Assembly (NCBI GenBank): GCA_021399345.1
Contig: JAAFKI010000073.1
Span: 1 to 41,285 of the forward strand
DNA from: Candidatus Heimdallarchaeota archaeon
Lineage (GTDB): Archaea; Asgardarchaeota; Heimdallarchaeia; Heimdallarchaeales; Heimdallarchaeaceae
DNA length: 41,285 nt
Direction: 5' to 3'
Below are positions 1-10,309 of this stretch, in pieces. Both the position numbers and the translations under genes were made by a program. Within the stretch, counting starts at the first letter, position 1. Every line of letters begins with the position of its first letter. The notes beneath the pieces are model-generated. The model had not been told where the DNA came from. It saw only the letters and a program-made list of their open reading frames with translations, and did no database searches.

Positions 1-111
1 GCATACAATATTTTAATCAAAAGCGATCCGAAAGCATTGCCTAAACGGCGTGCGAACGGGGTAGGAGGATACGTGATGTATCCGCGTAGAGTGAGTGTTG
101 ATCCACAATGA
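1..111 (+). CDS. tnpB: 3' end of IS200/IS605-family TnpB (RNA-guided endonuclease, OrfB), truncated by the window edge
   Basis: Frame 1 translates as AYNILIKSDPKALPKRRANGVGGYVMYPRRVSVDPQ*. This matches the typical TnpB C-terminus that follows the RuvC-III motif (N/H-A-D-x-N-G-A-Y-N-I-L ... G-V/I-x-G ... P-x-R). It is also GC-richer than the rest of the window. Not in the ORF track. Confidence 0.75.
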   Translation, partial: AYNILIKSDPKALPKRRANGVGGYVMYPRRVSVDPQ

Positions 112-172
112 CCTCTCCAAAAGACGTTCGACTATGCTTGGCTTATATGCCAAGATGACATAAACTCATCAT
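53..172 (+). ncRNA. Putative TnpB omegaRNA/reRNA scaffold overlapping the tnpB 3' end
   Basis: Nested complementary segments: CGAACG (53-58)/CGTTCG (125-130), GGATAC (67-72)/GTATCC (78-83), CTTGGC (137-142)/GCCAAG (149-154). The location matches known TnpB reRNAs. Ends are not determined. Confidence 0.45.
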
Positions 173-176
173 GATT

Positions 177-3100
177 TTATTGTTTATCTTCTACTATTGC
201 TGTTGGGTATTCGGATAATCTGAATAATGCTTCTTTTATCGTTTCTGATAAATCTATGATATTTGTTTCACCATTTTCTATGAGATAGGAAATTACTGCT
301 TTCATCCCTTCCAGTACTGGACCTGTATTTTCATCAAATTTCATTCTTGCTACAAATCCAACTATATCACTCATAACAATCAAACGATCTCTATATTCAT
401 CCATTTCTCTCTTATAATCTGGTTCTAGATAAAGTCTGATTTCCCAATCTTTGGGGTGGCTAATTACTGAAACATTTGGAAATTTTAAGATATCCAATAC
501 TTCAGCTTTGGTTGAAAATACCTCCTTAGGGAAATCACCTAATACAATATAATATCCATTGATATCACTTGACAGTTCAAGATCGTTTTTGATGAACAAA
601 GTACTAGTTAATCTTCCATAAGTATCAATCATCTTTGTAAAAGTATTTCCTAGAACCCTCATGTTTAAGTAAAGATTGTTTTCAAATTCCTTTCTAGAGC
701 GACTTTTACTCCAAGCTCGAAGAACTGAATCTGCTACTCTTTTCTCACCACTTATCATCTGATTATAGGAATCATCGATTACATATTCTGGTATTCTTCT
801 GTATAGTAGGATTGAGATTGCGATCTCCATGAAATTCTTGGGTAATTCTGCAATTTCTTGTGGGTTGATTCTGTTTACAGTATCAATAATCTCTTTAAGA
901 CTTTGTTTTTCAGAAATAGTAATCTTTCCATATTCCAATTTTTGTATTTTGAATACATCTCCAATCCATTTGGAAGCGTTTCTACTAACTTCTGATAAGT
1001 GAGACGATAAATTAACACTCACATCTTTTGACCAGCTTTCAACCATTTTAGTCATCTGATCATTCAAAGGATTCCAATTTTTGATTAACATTCGTCGTAT
1101 ATATTTGAGGTCTTTGAGAGATCTACTATAAAGTCTCATTGCTTTCTTTTTGTAATTCAAATCATTTTTTCTTAGATTGGAGAATCCATTAAGTAATTCT
1201 TGTATGATTCTATATATTTTTGGTGCATAGATATTCCAACTTTCTTGGCATCTCTCATGGAAATTTTTTCCCCTGAATCTTTGTGGAATATCTTGTATAA
1301 TTGGAAATGATGGAAAGCTGTTTTGAACATCAGGTAATCTGTGAGCTTGTGTTAGTTTTCCAGCCATTTCACGATTAAAAACAGTTATCAGAGTATCGAG
1401 TTGGTTGTATACCTCTCCTTCAAAGTGAAACATTTTCTGAAGATAAGTACTAATCATTCCTCTAAGAATTGCTTTTGAATATGCTCTCTTTAGAACACTT
1501 GTATTTATCAGACAAGTAGTAAGAAATTCCGCATCCTGTTCTACAGCTCTAAGTGGTATAATTGTGTTAGCTAGATTTATTGTTACATTTTGCTTCTGTA
1601 ACAATTCTGTTGAAGAAATTGTTCTTCCATCAAATCGAAGTTTGGTTCCTTTGAAGAATGATCTCTTTAATTGTACGGGAACTGAATTTATAAAAACTTT
1701 AATTTCTCCTTCATCAATAGCGGCCCCTATAAGATCAGTAGAACTCAGATTCATTTGTTTTTGAGTTTCATAACCTCTGCCTTTTAGATCATCCATAATT
1801 TTTGACAAAATACTAACAAAAACTGTTTTTGGAGCAATTTGTCTGAATGAATTAACCATAAAAGAGAAGATGTCACCTAAGCTTGCATTAAATAGCTGAT
1901 CCTTGATGATTTTTTCAAGAGTTGTGATAATAGCTCTTTCCAAAGCACTAGCAAATAAGACTGATTCTTCAATATTTGACAATTCTAATTGTTTCCCTAC
2001 ACCCATCGTAGTGAATTTATCAGATAGTTGCTTCAGCCACTTCGTTTGTAAAACTGTTAGATGAGAAAGTCGTTCCTTTAGCAAGGTCCTTTTTACACTA
2101 ATGGAAGTTCCTTTCATTTTAGTTCCTTTATTCTTTATAGAAGAAATCTTCTTCTCACTCAAAATGGAAAAAGTAAAATCAATAATCGCATTCCAAATAC
2201 TTGGTGGTAATTTCTTTCCTATGAAAGGTTTGATAAGTTGAGAATAAAACAATCGAGCACTTTGAAGAGCTAAAGGTGAGACATCTTCAATTAAAGCATC
2301 GCAAATCATAGAACCTGGATTTGGTACTTCAGCTGCTAAGGTTATCTGATTTTGAATTGAAGAGAAGAGGTTAACATCTCTATAATCAACTAGAGAACAT
2401 AATGGTTCATCCTTTGCTAATGTATAGACTATCTCCTTAGCTAAGTTATGAGCTATGAACGAACTAGCAGAATGAATTTCATCAATTGTTAGTTTCTTAA
2501 GTTGAGCTGCAACCTTCTTATTCAGATTCTTTGCAAGATATTTATCTATTAGCTCTTGTGGCTTAATATCTTTGGCCTTAAGATTTCTTTCAATGCTATT
2601 TCGAATTTCTTCGATTACAAACCTAGGTCGCTCATATTCAACAAGAACAAAAGGATCCTTAATTATTATCTGATTAAGTATATCTTGTGCTACCATTTGA
2701 ACCAAAAGTTGACGTTTGAAGGGAACTATTGCTCCCTTATCCCATGAATTTTCATCCTTCCCTAACCATGCTTTCAAATCTTTCAACTGTGCAACTGTGG
2801 GAAATTTTATCGCATCAGTTTCTAAAATTTTGATGTTTTGATTAATTAATTCATTCAACCCTCTATTATTCGAAGATATAGATAATTTTTGCTTAGCAAT
2901 TGTACAGGCTTTCAAGAAAGCTTTTGAGACAAAATCTGGTGAAATCATTTTGCCTATTGCCATGTTTTGATGAAAATTCGGTGTAAGAACAATAAATTTG
3001 CAGAAAGAAAGAGCCAACTCTTGAACAAGTTGCTCCTCTGTTTTGCTAATCTTTCCTGGTTGGTTTGATTTTACTACATATTGAACAACCACATTATCAG

Positions 3101-3323
3101 CTTCTTCTGCTAAAGTGAAAGTTCCAAATTTAACATACTCATTTTCTCCAGTCATAAATTGGGAATTGGTTACTTCTACTTCTGTAGTCATTAAGCTTTG
3201 TAAAGATAATAAAATGCCTTGCATCATACTAGAATCTTTAGCAAGACGTCCTATAGTAGCAAAACTTATCCCAGCATCGCTTCCTGCTGAAATCCATAAA
3301 TCATAGGGAAAGTGTTTAGACAT
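177..3323 (-). CDS. Large hypothetical protein (~1048 aa) with probable N-terminal longin-like domain and a long helical body
   Basis: Long ORF. ATG at 3323 (MSKHFPYDLW) is preceded by an SD-like GAGGT and preferred over the track start at 3362. The N-terminus LWISAGSDAGISFATI...DSSMMQGILLSLQSLMTTEV... resembles the Asgard longin pattern. The CDS is secure; the domain call is tentative. Confidence 0.6.
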   Translation of the reverse strand: MSKHFPYDLWISAGSDAGISFATIGRLAKDSSMMQGILLSLQSLMTTEVEVTNSQFMTGENEYVKFGTFTLAEEADNVVVQYVVKSNQPGKISKTEEQLVQELALSFCKFIVLTPNFHQNMAIGKMISPDFVSKAFLKACTIAKQKLSISSNNRGLNELINQNIKILETDAIKFPTVAQLKDLKAWLGKDENSWDKGAIVPFKRQLLVQMVAQDILNQIIIKDPFVLVEYERPRFVIEEIRNSIERNLKAKDIKPQELIDKYLAKNLNKKVAAQLKKLTIDEIHSASSFIAHNLAKEIVYTLAKDEPLCSLVDYRDVNLFSSIQNQITLAAEVPNPGSMICDALIEDVSPLALQSARLFYSQLIKPFIGKKLPPSIWNAIIDFTFSILSEKKISSIKNKGTKMKGTSISVKRTLLKERLSHLTVLQTKWLKQLSDKFTTMGVGKQLELSNIEESVLFASALERAIITTLEKIIKDQLFNASLGDIFSFMVNSFRQIAPKTVFVSILSKIMDDLKGRGYETQKQMNLSSTDLIGAAIDEGEIKVFINSVPVQLKRSFFKGTKLRFDGRTISSTELLQKQNVTINLANTIIPLRAVEQDAEFLTTCLINTSVLKRAYSKAILRGMISTYLQKMFHFEGEVYNQLDTLITVFNREMAGKLTQAHRLPDVQNSFPSFPIIQDIPQRFRGKNFHERCQESWNIYAPKIYRIIQELLNGFSNLRKNDLNYKKKAMRLYSRSLKDLKYIRRMLIKNWNPLNDQMTKMVESWSKDVSVNLSSHLSEVSRNASKWIGDVFKIQKLEYGKITISEKQSLKEIIDTVNRINPQEIAELPKNFMEIAISILLYRRIPEYVIDDSYNQMISGEKRVADSVLRAWSKSRSRKEFENNLYLNMRVLGNTFTKMIDTYGRLTSTLFIKNDLELSSDINGYYIVLGDFPKEVFSTKAEVLDILKFPNVSVISHPKDWEIRLYLEPDYKREMDEYRDRLIVMSDIVGFVARMKFDENTGPVLEGMKAVISYLIENGETNIIDLSETIKEALFRLSEYPTAIVEDKQ

Positions 3324-3527
3324 AGACCTCACATATTGTACGTTGTAACTAAACGTTCTCAATTCTTAATTTTTGTGTTCTTTAATATTGTTTTGCCTAA
3401 TGGTAATGACAAAAGTATATGAGGAAGAAATATTTCGAGATTTACTTTCTATTTAGATAACAGAAAGTTTAAGAATTAAACCTTTACAAGTTAGAGTAAT
3501 TAATTCATTAATTTATGTGAATTCAAG

Positions 3528-3842
3528 ATGGGCGAAACCACAACAACTGTCCGAATTAGAAGACTTGTATTAGATGTTTTGAAACCTCATAAACCAAGGA
3601 TGGATGTTTTAGCTTATGCAGTTGCTGAATTAAAAGGTGTAAATTCTGTTAATTTAACAAGAACAGAAACTGATTCAAGCACAGAAGGAATTGTAGTTAC
3701 CATTGTCGGTGACAATCTGATCTACCAAGATATCGAAGATGTTCTAAGAGATTATGGTTCTTCAATTCATTCAGTCGATGAAGTAGTAGCCGGTGAACAA
3801 ATAATCGACACCGTGGCACTTCCTGATGAAGAAGAAAGATAA
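3528..3842 (+). CDS. DUF211 family archaeal protein
   Basis: Signature IRRLVLDVLKPH at the N-terminus and SIHSVDEVVAG near the C-terminus. Confidence 0.9.
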   Translation: MGETTTTVRIRRLVLDVLKPHKPRMDVLAYAVAELKGVNSVNLTRTETDSSTEGIVVTIVGDNLIYQDIEDVLRDYGSSIHSVDEVVAGEQIIDTVALPDEEER

Positions 3843-3910
3843 TTCTTCTATTTTCATAAGTAAAATCAGACTGAAATAGCTATATCATGGGGTAATAAAA
3901 TCTTTATAAT

Positions 3911-4516
3911 TCATAGATTCTTAACAGTTTTAATACCTAACTCAAAGGCTTTTAGATTCTGTTCAAGGTATTTTGCAGGAACACGTTGTTTTAACGCATC
4001 TCTTAATTCGTCTTCTGTTAGAGGAAACCTTTCTACTTGGGATAATGCTCCTAAAAGTACTATATTCTGAGTTAGAGCCAATCCCGCTTCAATAGCTAAC
4101 TTTTCAGCTTCAATCATTACTAATTTTACATCGAATTTTGTAATGTTTTCTTCTATTTTTTCTTTAGCATAATCTGCAGCTTTTTTGTCCTTTTTCCAAG
4201 AAATAGGAAAGAGAACTGTGTTTGATGTAATAGCAATTCCACGAGGTTTTAGAAATTTCATATATCTCAAAGATTCATTTTGCTCCAAACCAACTAAAAC
4301 TTCACAAGTTCCTATAGGATTAGTTGGTGAATGTAGTTTTTCTCCAATTTTTAGATTAGTAACAACAGATCCACCCTTTTGAGCCATTCCATGAACTTCA
4401 GATCCTAGAATATGTAAACCTTTCTTCCTCGCTGCCATAACAATAATATCTGTGATAGTTAGAATACCTTGACCTCCTACTCCACAAACAATCATTTGGT
4501 AGGTATTACTCATCAA
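3911..4516 (-). CDS. iorB: Indolepyruvate:ferredoxin oxidoreductase beta subunit
   Basis: GVGGQG and SEVHGMAQKGGSV motifs, C-terminal NLKAFELG; overlaps iorA. Confidence 0.95.
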   Translation of the reverse strand: MMSNTYQMIVCGVGGQGILTITDIIVMAARKKGLHILGSEVHGMAQKGGSVVTNLKIGEKLHSPTNPIGTCEVLVGLEQNESLRYMKFLKPRGIAITSNTVLFPISWKKDKKAADYAKEKIEENITKFDVKLVMIEAEKLAIEAGLALTQNIVLLGALSQVERFPLTEDELRDALKQRVPAKYLEQNLKAFELGIKTVKNL

Positions 4517-6368
4517 TATCTACCTCCTTTGATATCGCCTTCACAGGACAGATTTGGGAACAAACACTACACCCTGTACACATTGAAGGATCTATGATGG
4601 AATATTTCTTACCTTTTGAATTAGTATCAACACTCCAAGATATAGCTGGACATTGGTATTGAACAATACATGTTCCACAAGCAATACATGTTTCTGGGTC
4701 AATATGATAAACCTCAATCTTTTGTCCACTTCTTCTCTGTTGTCTCCACCATTCATTTGCACAAATTTTTCTCATTATTATTACAGTGGGACCTTCATGT
4801 TGTAGTGCTTCCTCAAATGTCTTTTTACCATTCTCAAAATCATAAGGATCAAATTCAACAACATATTCAACACCAAGAGATTTTGCTACATCTGCTATAT
4901 CAATAACTTCAGTGGGATTTGGTTGAAATCCTGTCATAGCAGTCATTCGATTATCAAGAACTAAAACATTGATGTTGGCTTTGTGATAAACTGCATTTGC
5001 TAGTGCAGTTAATCCTGTATGGAAAAAAGTACTATCCCCAATATATGCAAAAATTGGTTTATCTTTTATTATTCTAGAAAAACCATTGGCCATGCTTATT
5101 CCTGCACCCATACATAGAATAGTATCAGTTACCCAGGGATCAAGTGAGTAACAACCTATATCTGATGCGAAAATTCCTTTGTTCTTTCGAACAACTTTTG
5201 ACAATTCCCAAAATGCAGCTCTATGTTGACATCCAGGACAGAATAATGGCGGTCTAAATGGTATAAAATCAGTGATTTCTTCCTCTGCTTTTTGTATTTC
5301 TCCAACAGAAGCAAGCTCACCACCAATAACGCTTTGTAATGCTTCAGCAACTAGTCTAGAATTTAACTCGTGATATTTCTTTGTGATTCCAGTACATTTC
5401 CCATGAATTTTTGGAACAATTCCGTTCTGAATGAAAAGAGCTGAAATCCTATCTTCCAAATAAGGATCAACTTCCTCGATAAAGACAATGTTTTTCTTAT
5501 TTCTAGCAAATTCAAGAATTGATTTTTCATCCAAAGGAGCAACCATACCTAGTTTTAATATTGGTACATCTTTGTCTAATATTTCCAAAGCATCTTTTAC
5601 ATAAGCATAAGAAATTCCGCTTGTGATAATCCCATATTCTGTATCATTTTGCCCTTCAACAACAGATAATCCACTTTCAGGAATCCATTCCTTAATTGAT
5701 TCCATCTTAGCAACTAGCTTCGGGTGATTTGCTCTGGCTAAGGCAGGTAGACACTTGTATCTGTTGCTTTTTTCAAATACTCCTTCTCTGAAACTAGTTT
5801 CATATTTGTTAAATTGAACATCTGATCTAGCATGTGATATTCTTGTAGTTGACCTAACAACTAAGATTGTTTCGAATTTTTCACTTATTTCAAATGCTAA
5901 TTTTGTAAATTCTTTAGCTTCTTGTGGATTTGAAGGCTCTAAAACTGGTACTTGGGCAGAGACTCCTAACCATCTTGAATCTTGCTCATTTTGACTACTA
6001 AAGCAGTGTGGGTCATCTCCAACTAAAAGAACAAACCCTCCTTTAGTTCCCATATATGCAGCACTATATAGAGCATCTGCAAGGACATTTATACCAACAT
6101 GTTTGCAGGCTGTCATTGCTTTAATCCCACTTATGGACGCAGCATATGCTGTTTCAAATGCCACCTTTTCGTTAGTGCTCCACTCTGCATAAAATCCCAA
6201 TTTTTTAGATGCAGCAATTATAGCTGTACTTGCTTCGCTACTAGGAGTACCTGGATAAGCTGCGAATAATTGAACTCCAGCTTCTATGGCCCCTCTAGCT
6301 ATAGCTTCATTCCCTAGACAGAGAACTATATTTTCTTCATTTGCAATAAGCTCTTCTAACTTAGCCAT
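4506..6368 (-). CDS. iorA: Indolepyruvate:ferredoxin oxidoreductase alpha subunit
   Basis: GNEAIARGA, YPGTPSSE, NEKVA, SSQNEQD, RPPLFCPGC, DIGCY, TPP motif GDSTFFH, and two C-terminal ferredoxin Cys motifs. Confidence 0.95.
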   Translation of the reverse strand: MAKLEELIANEENIVLCLGNEAIARGAIEAGVQLFAAYPGTPSSEASTAIIAASKKLGFYAEWSTNEKVAFETAYAASISGIKAMTACKHVGINVLADALYSAAYMGTKGGFVLLVGDDPHCFSSQNEQDSRWLGVSAQVPVLEPSNPQEAKEFTKLAFEISEKFETILVVRSTTRISHARSDVQFNKYETSFREGVFEKSNRYKCLPALARANHPKLVAKMESIKEWIPESGLSVVEGQNDTEYGIITSGISYAYVKDALEILDKDVPILKLGMVAPLDEKSILEFARNKKNIVFIEEVDPYLEDRISALFIQNGIVPKIHGKCTGITKKYHELNSRLVAEALQSVIGGELASVGEIQKAEEEITDFIPFRPPLFCPGCQHRAAFWELSKVVRKNKGIFASDIGCYSLDPWVTDTILCMGAGISMANGFSRIIKDKPIFAYIGDSTFFHTGLTALANAVYHKANINVLVLDNRMTAMTGFQPNPTEVIDIADVAKSLGVEYVVEFDPYDFENGKKTFEEALQHEGPTVIIMRKICANEWWRQQRRSGQKIEVYHIDPETCIACGTCIVQYQCPAISWSVDTNSKGKKYSIIDPSMCTGCSVCSQICPVKAISKEVDIDE

Positions 6369-6431
6369 TTATGTTCAAGAAAAGGACAAAATCAGACTAA
6401 AAAAGGATTGTGAAATGAATATATTTCCCAT

Positions 6432-8360
6432 TTATTTAACTAAATTACTTGTAAGCTGAGTTTGGTAAAGGTCTCGATATTTTCCTTTCTTCTTTAGTAA
6501 TTCTTTATGAGAACCTATTTCAACAATTTTCCCATCATCTATGACTACTATTTGAGAGGCTGTTTTTATTGTTGATAATCGATGAGCAATGATTATAGAA
6601 GTTCTTTCACGTAACATAAGATTAATTCCTTTCTGAATTAGAGATTCAGTAATTGGATCGACTGAACTGCTACATTCATCTAAGATTAGAATACTTGGGT
6701 TTGCTATGACAGCTCGAGCAAGAGATATAAGTTGTCTTTGTCCTAAAGATAACCTTGACCCTCCTTCTTTTACATCCGTATCATACCCTTCTGGGAGTTT
6801 CAAGATATAATCGTGCAATCCAAGCATTAGACATACATCATATATTTCATCATCAGTTGCATCCTTTCTCCCAAACTTTAGATTTTCCTTAATTGATCCA
6901 CTAAAAAGATAAACATCTTGAGGAACAACAGCTATATTTCTTCTTAATGTTTCTAAATCGATTTCCTTTATGTTTATTCCATCAATACTAAGTTCTCCTT
7001 CTGTAACATCGTAATAGCGTGATAATAGTTTAGTAATTGTAGTCTTACCGGCTCCTGTTTGACCAACCAAAGCTATGCTTTTCCCAGGTTCTATTGTTAA
7101 ATTAATATTTTTGAGAATAGGAACTTTTGGTTGATATCTGAAATGTACGGATTTTAACTCAATAAGTCCTTTAATTTTCTTTGGGAAGAAAGGCTTTGCT
7201 GAATTCTTCACAGAAGGATCTTCGTCTAATATTTCGAATATTCTTTCGGCACTAGCAAATCCAGATTGTATGACCGTGTAGAAAGTAAAAAGACTAATTA
7301 CTGGCATGAAGAATCTATTTGAGTATTCTAAAAATGCATAAAGTTTCCCATAAGTAAGAGTACCAAGCGAAATAACTGAATATCCTCCGAAGATAATCAC
7401 AATGGTACTCCCCAAAGCAGCTATTAGTTGTATAATAGGCATGAATAACGAGGAAATCCCTGCAGCTTGAACATTTGCTGAATAATTTTCCTTATTTAGA
7501 TCCTTAAAATTTTGAATGTTCTTTTCTTCTCTAGAGAGAGCTTTAGTTACTTTTACACCTGAGATTGTTTCTTGTAAATTTGAGGTAACTTGAGCAATTG
7601 CGACTCTAGTTCTCCTATATGCTGATCTTACGCGTTTCTGGAAGAAGAAAGCTATTATTAACAATAAAGGGATTACAGTAATTGTCAAAAGAGTCATATT
7701 TATATCGAGAATGAACATCAAGACAAGAATCCAAACTAAACTTATGAAATCTGCAAAGATGTCTATAATACCCGTCGTTAATAGCTCTCCTAGGGAATCT
7801 ACATCATTCGTCAGTTTGGAAATTGTTCTACCAGATTCTGTATCGGTGAAATAATCAAAAGAGAGATATTGTAGTTTGGAGAATAAATCACCTCGAATTC
7901 GATAAATCATCTTTTGTCCCAGTTTAGCAAAGAAAATTGTTCTTACTAGTATCAAGATGAAGTTAACAACTATGAACAATAGATACATAGCCCCCATAAT
8001 TAAAATAGAGTTAGTTATCTCATTCTTTGAAGTAGGAATCATAAAACTGATGCTTTTTGTTAATATTCCGATATTAGAAGCACTGTAATTTGAAACATAT
8101 GTTTTTCTGAAACTAGATAGTATTAATTCCAAAGAACTAGCATCAGTATAGGGTTTAATGAAGTAATCAATAATTTGTTGCATTAGAATGGGAATAGTGG
8201 TAGTGAATAGAGAAAACAAAACCACAACAGCTAGAACTGAAAAAGCTTCTTTTTTGTAATAACTAAAAATTCCCAGAATTTTTTTAAACAGAGTCCTATC
8301 GGAATATTTTTTATCACGTTTTTCTTCTTCTCTCGCCATATAACGCATTATATGCCCCAT
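6432..8360 (-). CDS. Heterodimeric ABC exporter, TMD-NBD half carrying the canonical Walker B and H-switch
   Basis: Multi-TM N-terminus, GQTGAGKT, LSLGQRQ, ILDE, IAHRLS; 1-bp overlap with its partner. Confidence 0.92.
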   Translation of the reverse strand: MGHIMRYMAREEEKRDKKYSDRTLFKKILGIFSYYKKEAFSVLAVVVLFSLFTTTIPILMQQIIDYFIKPYTDASSLELILSSFRKTYVSNYSASNIGILTKSISFMIPTSKNEITNSILIMGAMYLLFIVVNFILILVRTIFFAKLGQKMIYRIRGDLFSKLQYLSFDYFTDTESGRTISKLTNDVDSLGELLTTGIIDIFADFISLVWILVLMFILDINMTLLTITVIPLLLIIAFFFQKRVRSAYRRTRVAIAQVTSNLQETISGVKVTKALSREEKNIQNFKDLNKENYSANVQAAGISSLFMPIIQLIAALGSTIVIIFGGYSVISLGTLTYGKLYAFLEYSNRFFMPVISLFTFYTVIQSGFASAERIFEILDEDPSVKNSAKPFFPKKIKGLIELKSVHFRYQPKVPILKNINLTIEPGKSIALVGQTGAGKTTITKLLSRYYDVTEGELSIDGINIKEIDLETLRRNIAVVPQDVYLFSGSIKENLKFGRKDATDDEIYDVCLMLGLHDYILKLPEGYDTDVKEGGSRLSLGQRQLISLARAVIANPSILILDECSSSVDPITESLIQKGINLMLRERTSIIIAHRLSTIKTASQIVVIDDGKIVEIGSHKELLKKKGKYRDLYQTQLTSNLVK

Positions 8361-10174
8361 TAATCGTTCCCCCCATGAATTATGTCTTTCTGACTATGTG
8401 GATCAATTTCACTGTAACTCTGTTCAAGGGTTTGGTAAATTTCTTGATACAAACCTTTTGAATTTATTAGTTCAGAATGTGAACCATCTTGAACAATTTT
8501 TCCTTCATCAAAAACCAAAATCCTATCTGCATAATGAACTGATGAAATTCTCTGAGAAATGATAATAGTTGTTCTCCCTTCACTTAAAATATTCAAGGCT
8601 TCTTGTATTTGAGCTTCAGTTTCAGCATCTACTGATGCAGTTGAATCATCGAAGACAAGAATTGAGGGGTTAGTTAGAAGGGTTCTAGCAATTGAAAGTC
8701 TTTGTTTTTGACCTCCCGATAGAGTAATTCCACGATCACCAACTTTTGAATCATAGGCGTCAGGTAATCCAGAAATGAACTCATGTATATTTGCTATTTT
8801 GCTAACCTCTATAATCTCTTCATCTTCAGAATCAGGTTTTCCAAAAGCAATATTTTCTTTGATAGTTGCATTGAAGAGAAATGTTTCCTGAAGAACCAAA
8901 CCTATTTGTCTTCTCATTTTCTTTAGTTTATACTGTTTGATATTTTTACTATCAATTAATATTTCACCTTTAATGGGGTCATAAAATCGAGATAATAAGT
9001 TAACAAAGCTACTCTTACCACTTCCAGTTCCACCTAGAATTACTATTTTCTGACCAGCAGGTATTGAAATATCAATACCATCTAGGATCAATCTTCCTTC
9101 TTCATATTCAAAGCTTACATTCTGATAGGATATCTCACCCATGAACTTTGGCGGATCTATAGCATCTGGATCTTCCTGTACTTCTCGTTTTGCTTCAATT
9201 AATTCAATAATCCTATCTCCACTAGCTAAAGATCTTTGAAGAATCCCTACTAACCAAGTGAGTTGTCTTGTTGGAGCAGGTAGAAGAGCGAGATATGATA
9301 AAAATGCAATGAAATCCCCTAACATAAGCTCTTGTCTAGTAACCGCTATCCCTCCAACAGCTATTACTAGAGCTGACCCAATTCCGATTAATAATGTCAT
9401 TGTTGAAAAATAAATTGCACGATAAATTTGTGTTTTAATTCTTAAATCTCTGTAAGTGATATTGGATTCATCAAATTTAGCGATTTCAGATTCTTCTTGA
9501 GCAAAACCTCTCACAACATGAGCACCAGTGACATTTTCTTGTAATATTGATGTTACGTCTCCAAATTGTCTTCTAGCCTGGTAGAAAAGAGGTCTAACCT
9601 TAGTACTAAACCAGTGAACTAACCAAATGAAACCTGGAAACAATGCAACTAGAATCAACCCTAGTTTCCAGCTCATGACTAGCATTGCAACATAAGCACC
9701 AATAAAGAAAACTAAGCCATTCATTACTAATCTCAAAGCAAAACTAATCAAACTTTGAATTGCATTAAGATCTGTAGTGACTCTAGTCATTATCTGACCA
9801 GTATTCTCATCATCGTAGAATTCTAAACTCAGTTGTTGAAGAACTTCGTAGATATCATTTCGGAGTTCAAAGATTATTTGTTGAGCATATTTAATTGCAT
9901 AGAATCGTGAGAAAAAAGTCAGAATACCACCAAAAATAGCAATACCCAATAAACTTAAACCAATTGTCCAGACAAGATTAATCTTTTCATTAGGAATAGC
10001 ATTATTGATTAATTCCCTAACAAGCAAGGGTGAAATTATACCTACAATTGATGCAAAAAACGAAACAACAGTAATAAAAATTAGAGATTTCCTTCTGCGT
10101 GATATATATGGCCAGATAATCTTGAAGATTTCTTTAATAGAATGCGCTCTTTTTCGATTTTCTAGCCATGACAT
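8360..10174 (-). CDS. Heterodimeric ABC exporter, TMD-NBD half with degenerate Walker B and switch (TM287/TmrB-like)
   Basis: GGTGSGKS, LSGGQKQ, VFDD (Glu to Asp) and ISQR (His to Gln). Confidence 0.92.
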   Translation of the reverse strand: MSWLENRKRAHSIKEIFKIIWPYISRRRKSLIFITVVSFFASIVGIISPLLVRELINNAIPNEKINLVWTIGLSLLGIAIFGGILTFFSRFYAIKYAQQIIFELRNDIYEVLQQLSLEFYDDENTGQIMTRVTTDLNAIQSLISFALRLVMNGLVFFIGAYVAMLVMSWKLGLILVALFPGFIWLVHWFSTKVRPLFYQARRQFGDVTSILQENVTGAHVVRGFAQEESEIAKFDESNITYRDLRIKTQIYRAIYFSTMTLLIGIGSALVIAVGGIAVTRQELMLGDFIAFLSYLALLPAPTRQLTWLVGILQRSLASGDRIIELIEAKREVQEDPDAIDPPKFMGEISYQNVSFEYEEGRLILDGIDISIPAGQKIVILGGTGSGKSSFVNLLSRFYDPIKGEILIDSKNIKQYKLKKMRRQIGLVLQETFLFNATIKENIAFGKPDSEDEEIIEVSKIANIHEFISGLPDAYDSKVGDRGITLSGGQKQRLSIARTLLTNPSILVFDDSTASVDAETEAQIQEALNILSEGRTTIIISQRISSVHYADRILVFDEGKIVQDGSHSELINSKGLYQEIYQTLEQSYSEIDPHSQKDIIHGGND

Positions 10175-10309
10175 CTGGTTAAATTTTTTGTTTTAACGAT
10201 ATAAGAATTGCGTTATTACATGAAAAAATGCTCTTATTCACTTTCGATAAAAACAGTTATAAATGTCATTTGAACTATTCTCGTAGAATGTGTTTTTGGT
10301 GGAAATAGA

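Larger units (their letters stand above)
1..172 (+). mobile_element. Right end of an IS200/IS605-family element (boundary approximate)
   Basis: tnpB tail, then a subterminal hairpin CTTGGC-ttatat-GCCAAG (137-154) and TCAT tetranucleotides (166-169, 169-172) just before the stop codon of the convergent host gene at 177. Confidence 0.55.

Noticed and set aside
120-170. Group I intron 3' core (GACTA followed by a hairpin)
   Set aside because: There is no complementary TAGTC after the hairpin, and the TnpB right end explains the structure better.
6432-10174. Degenerate ATPase motifs in the ABC exporter pair
   Set aside because: This is a normal feature of heterodimeric exporters with one degenerate nucleotide-binding site.
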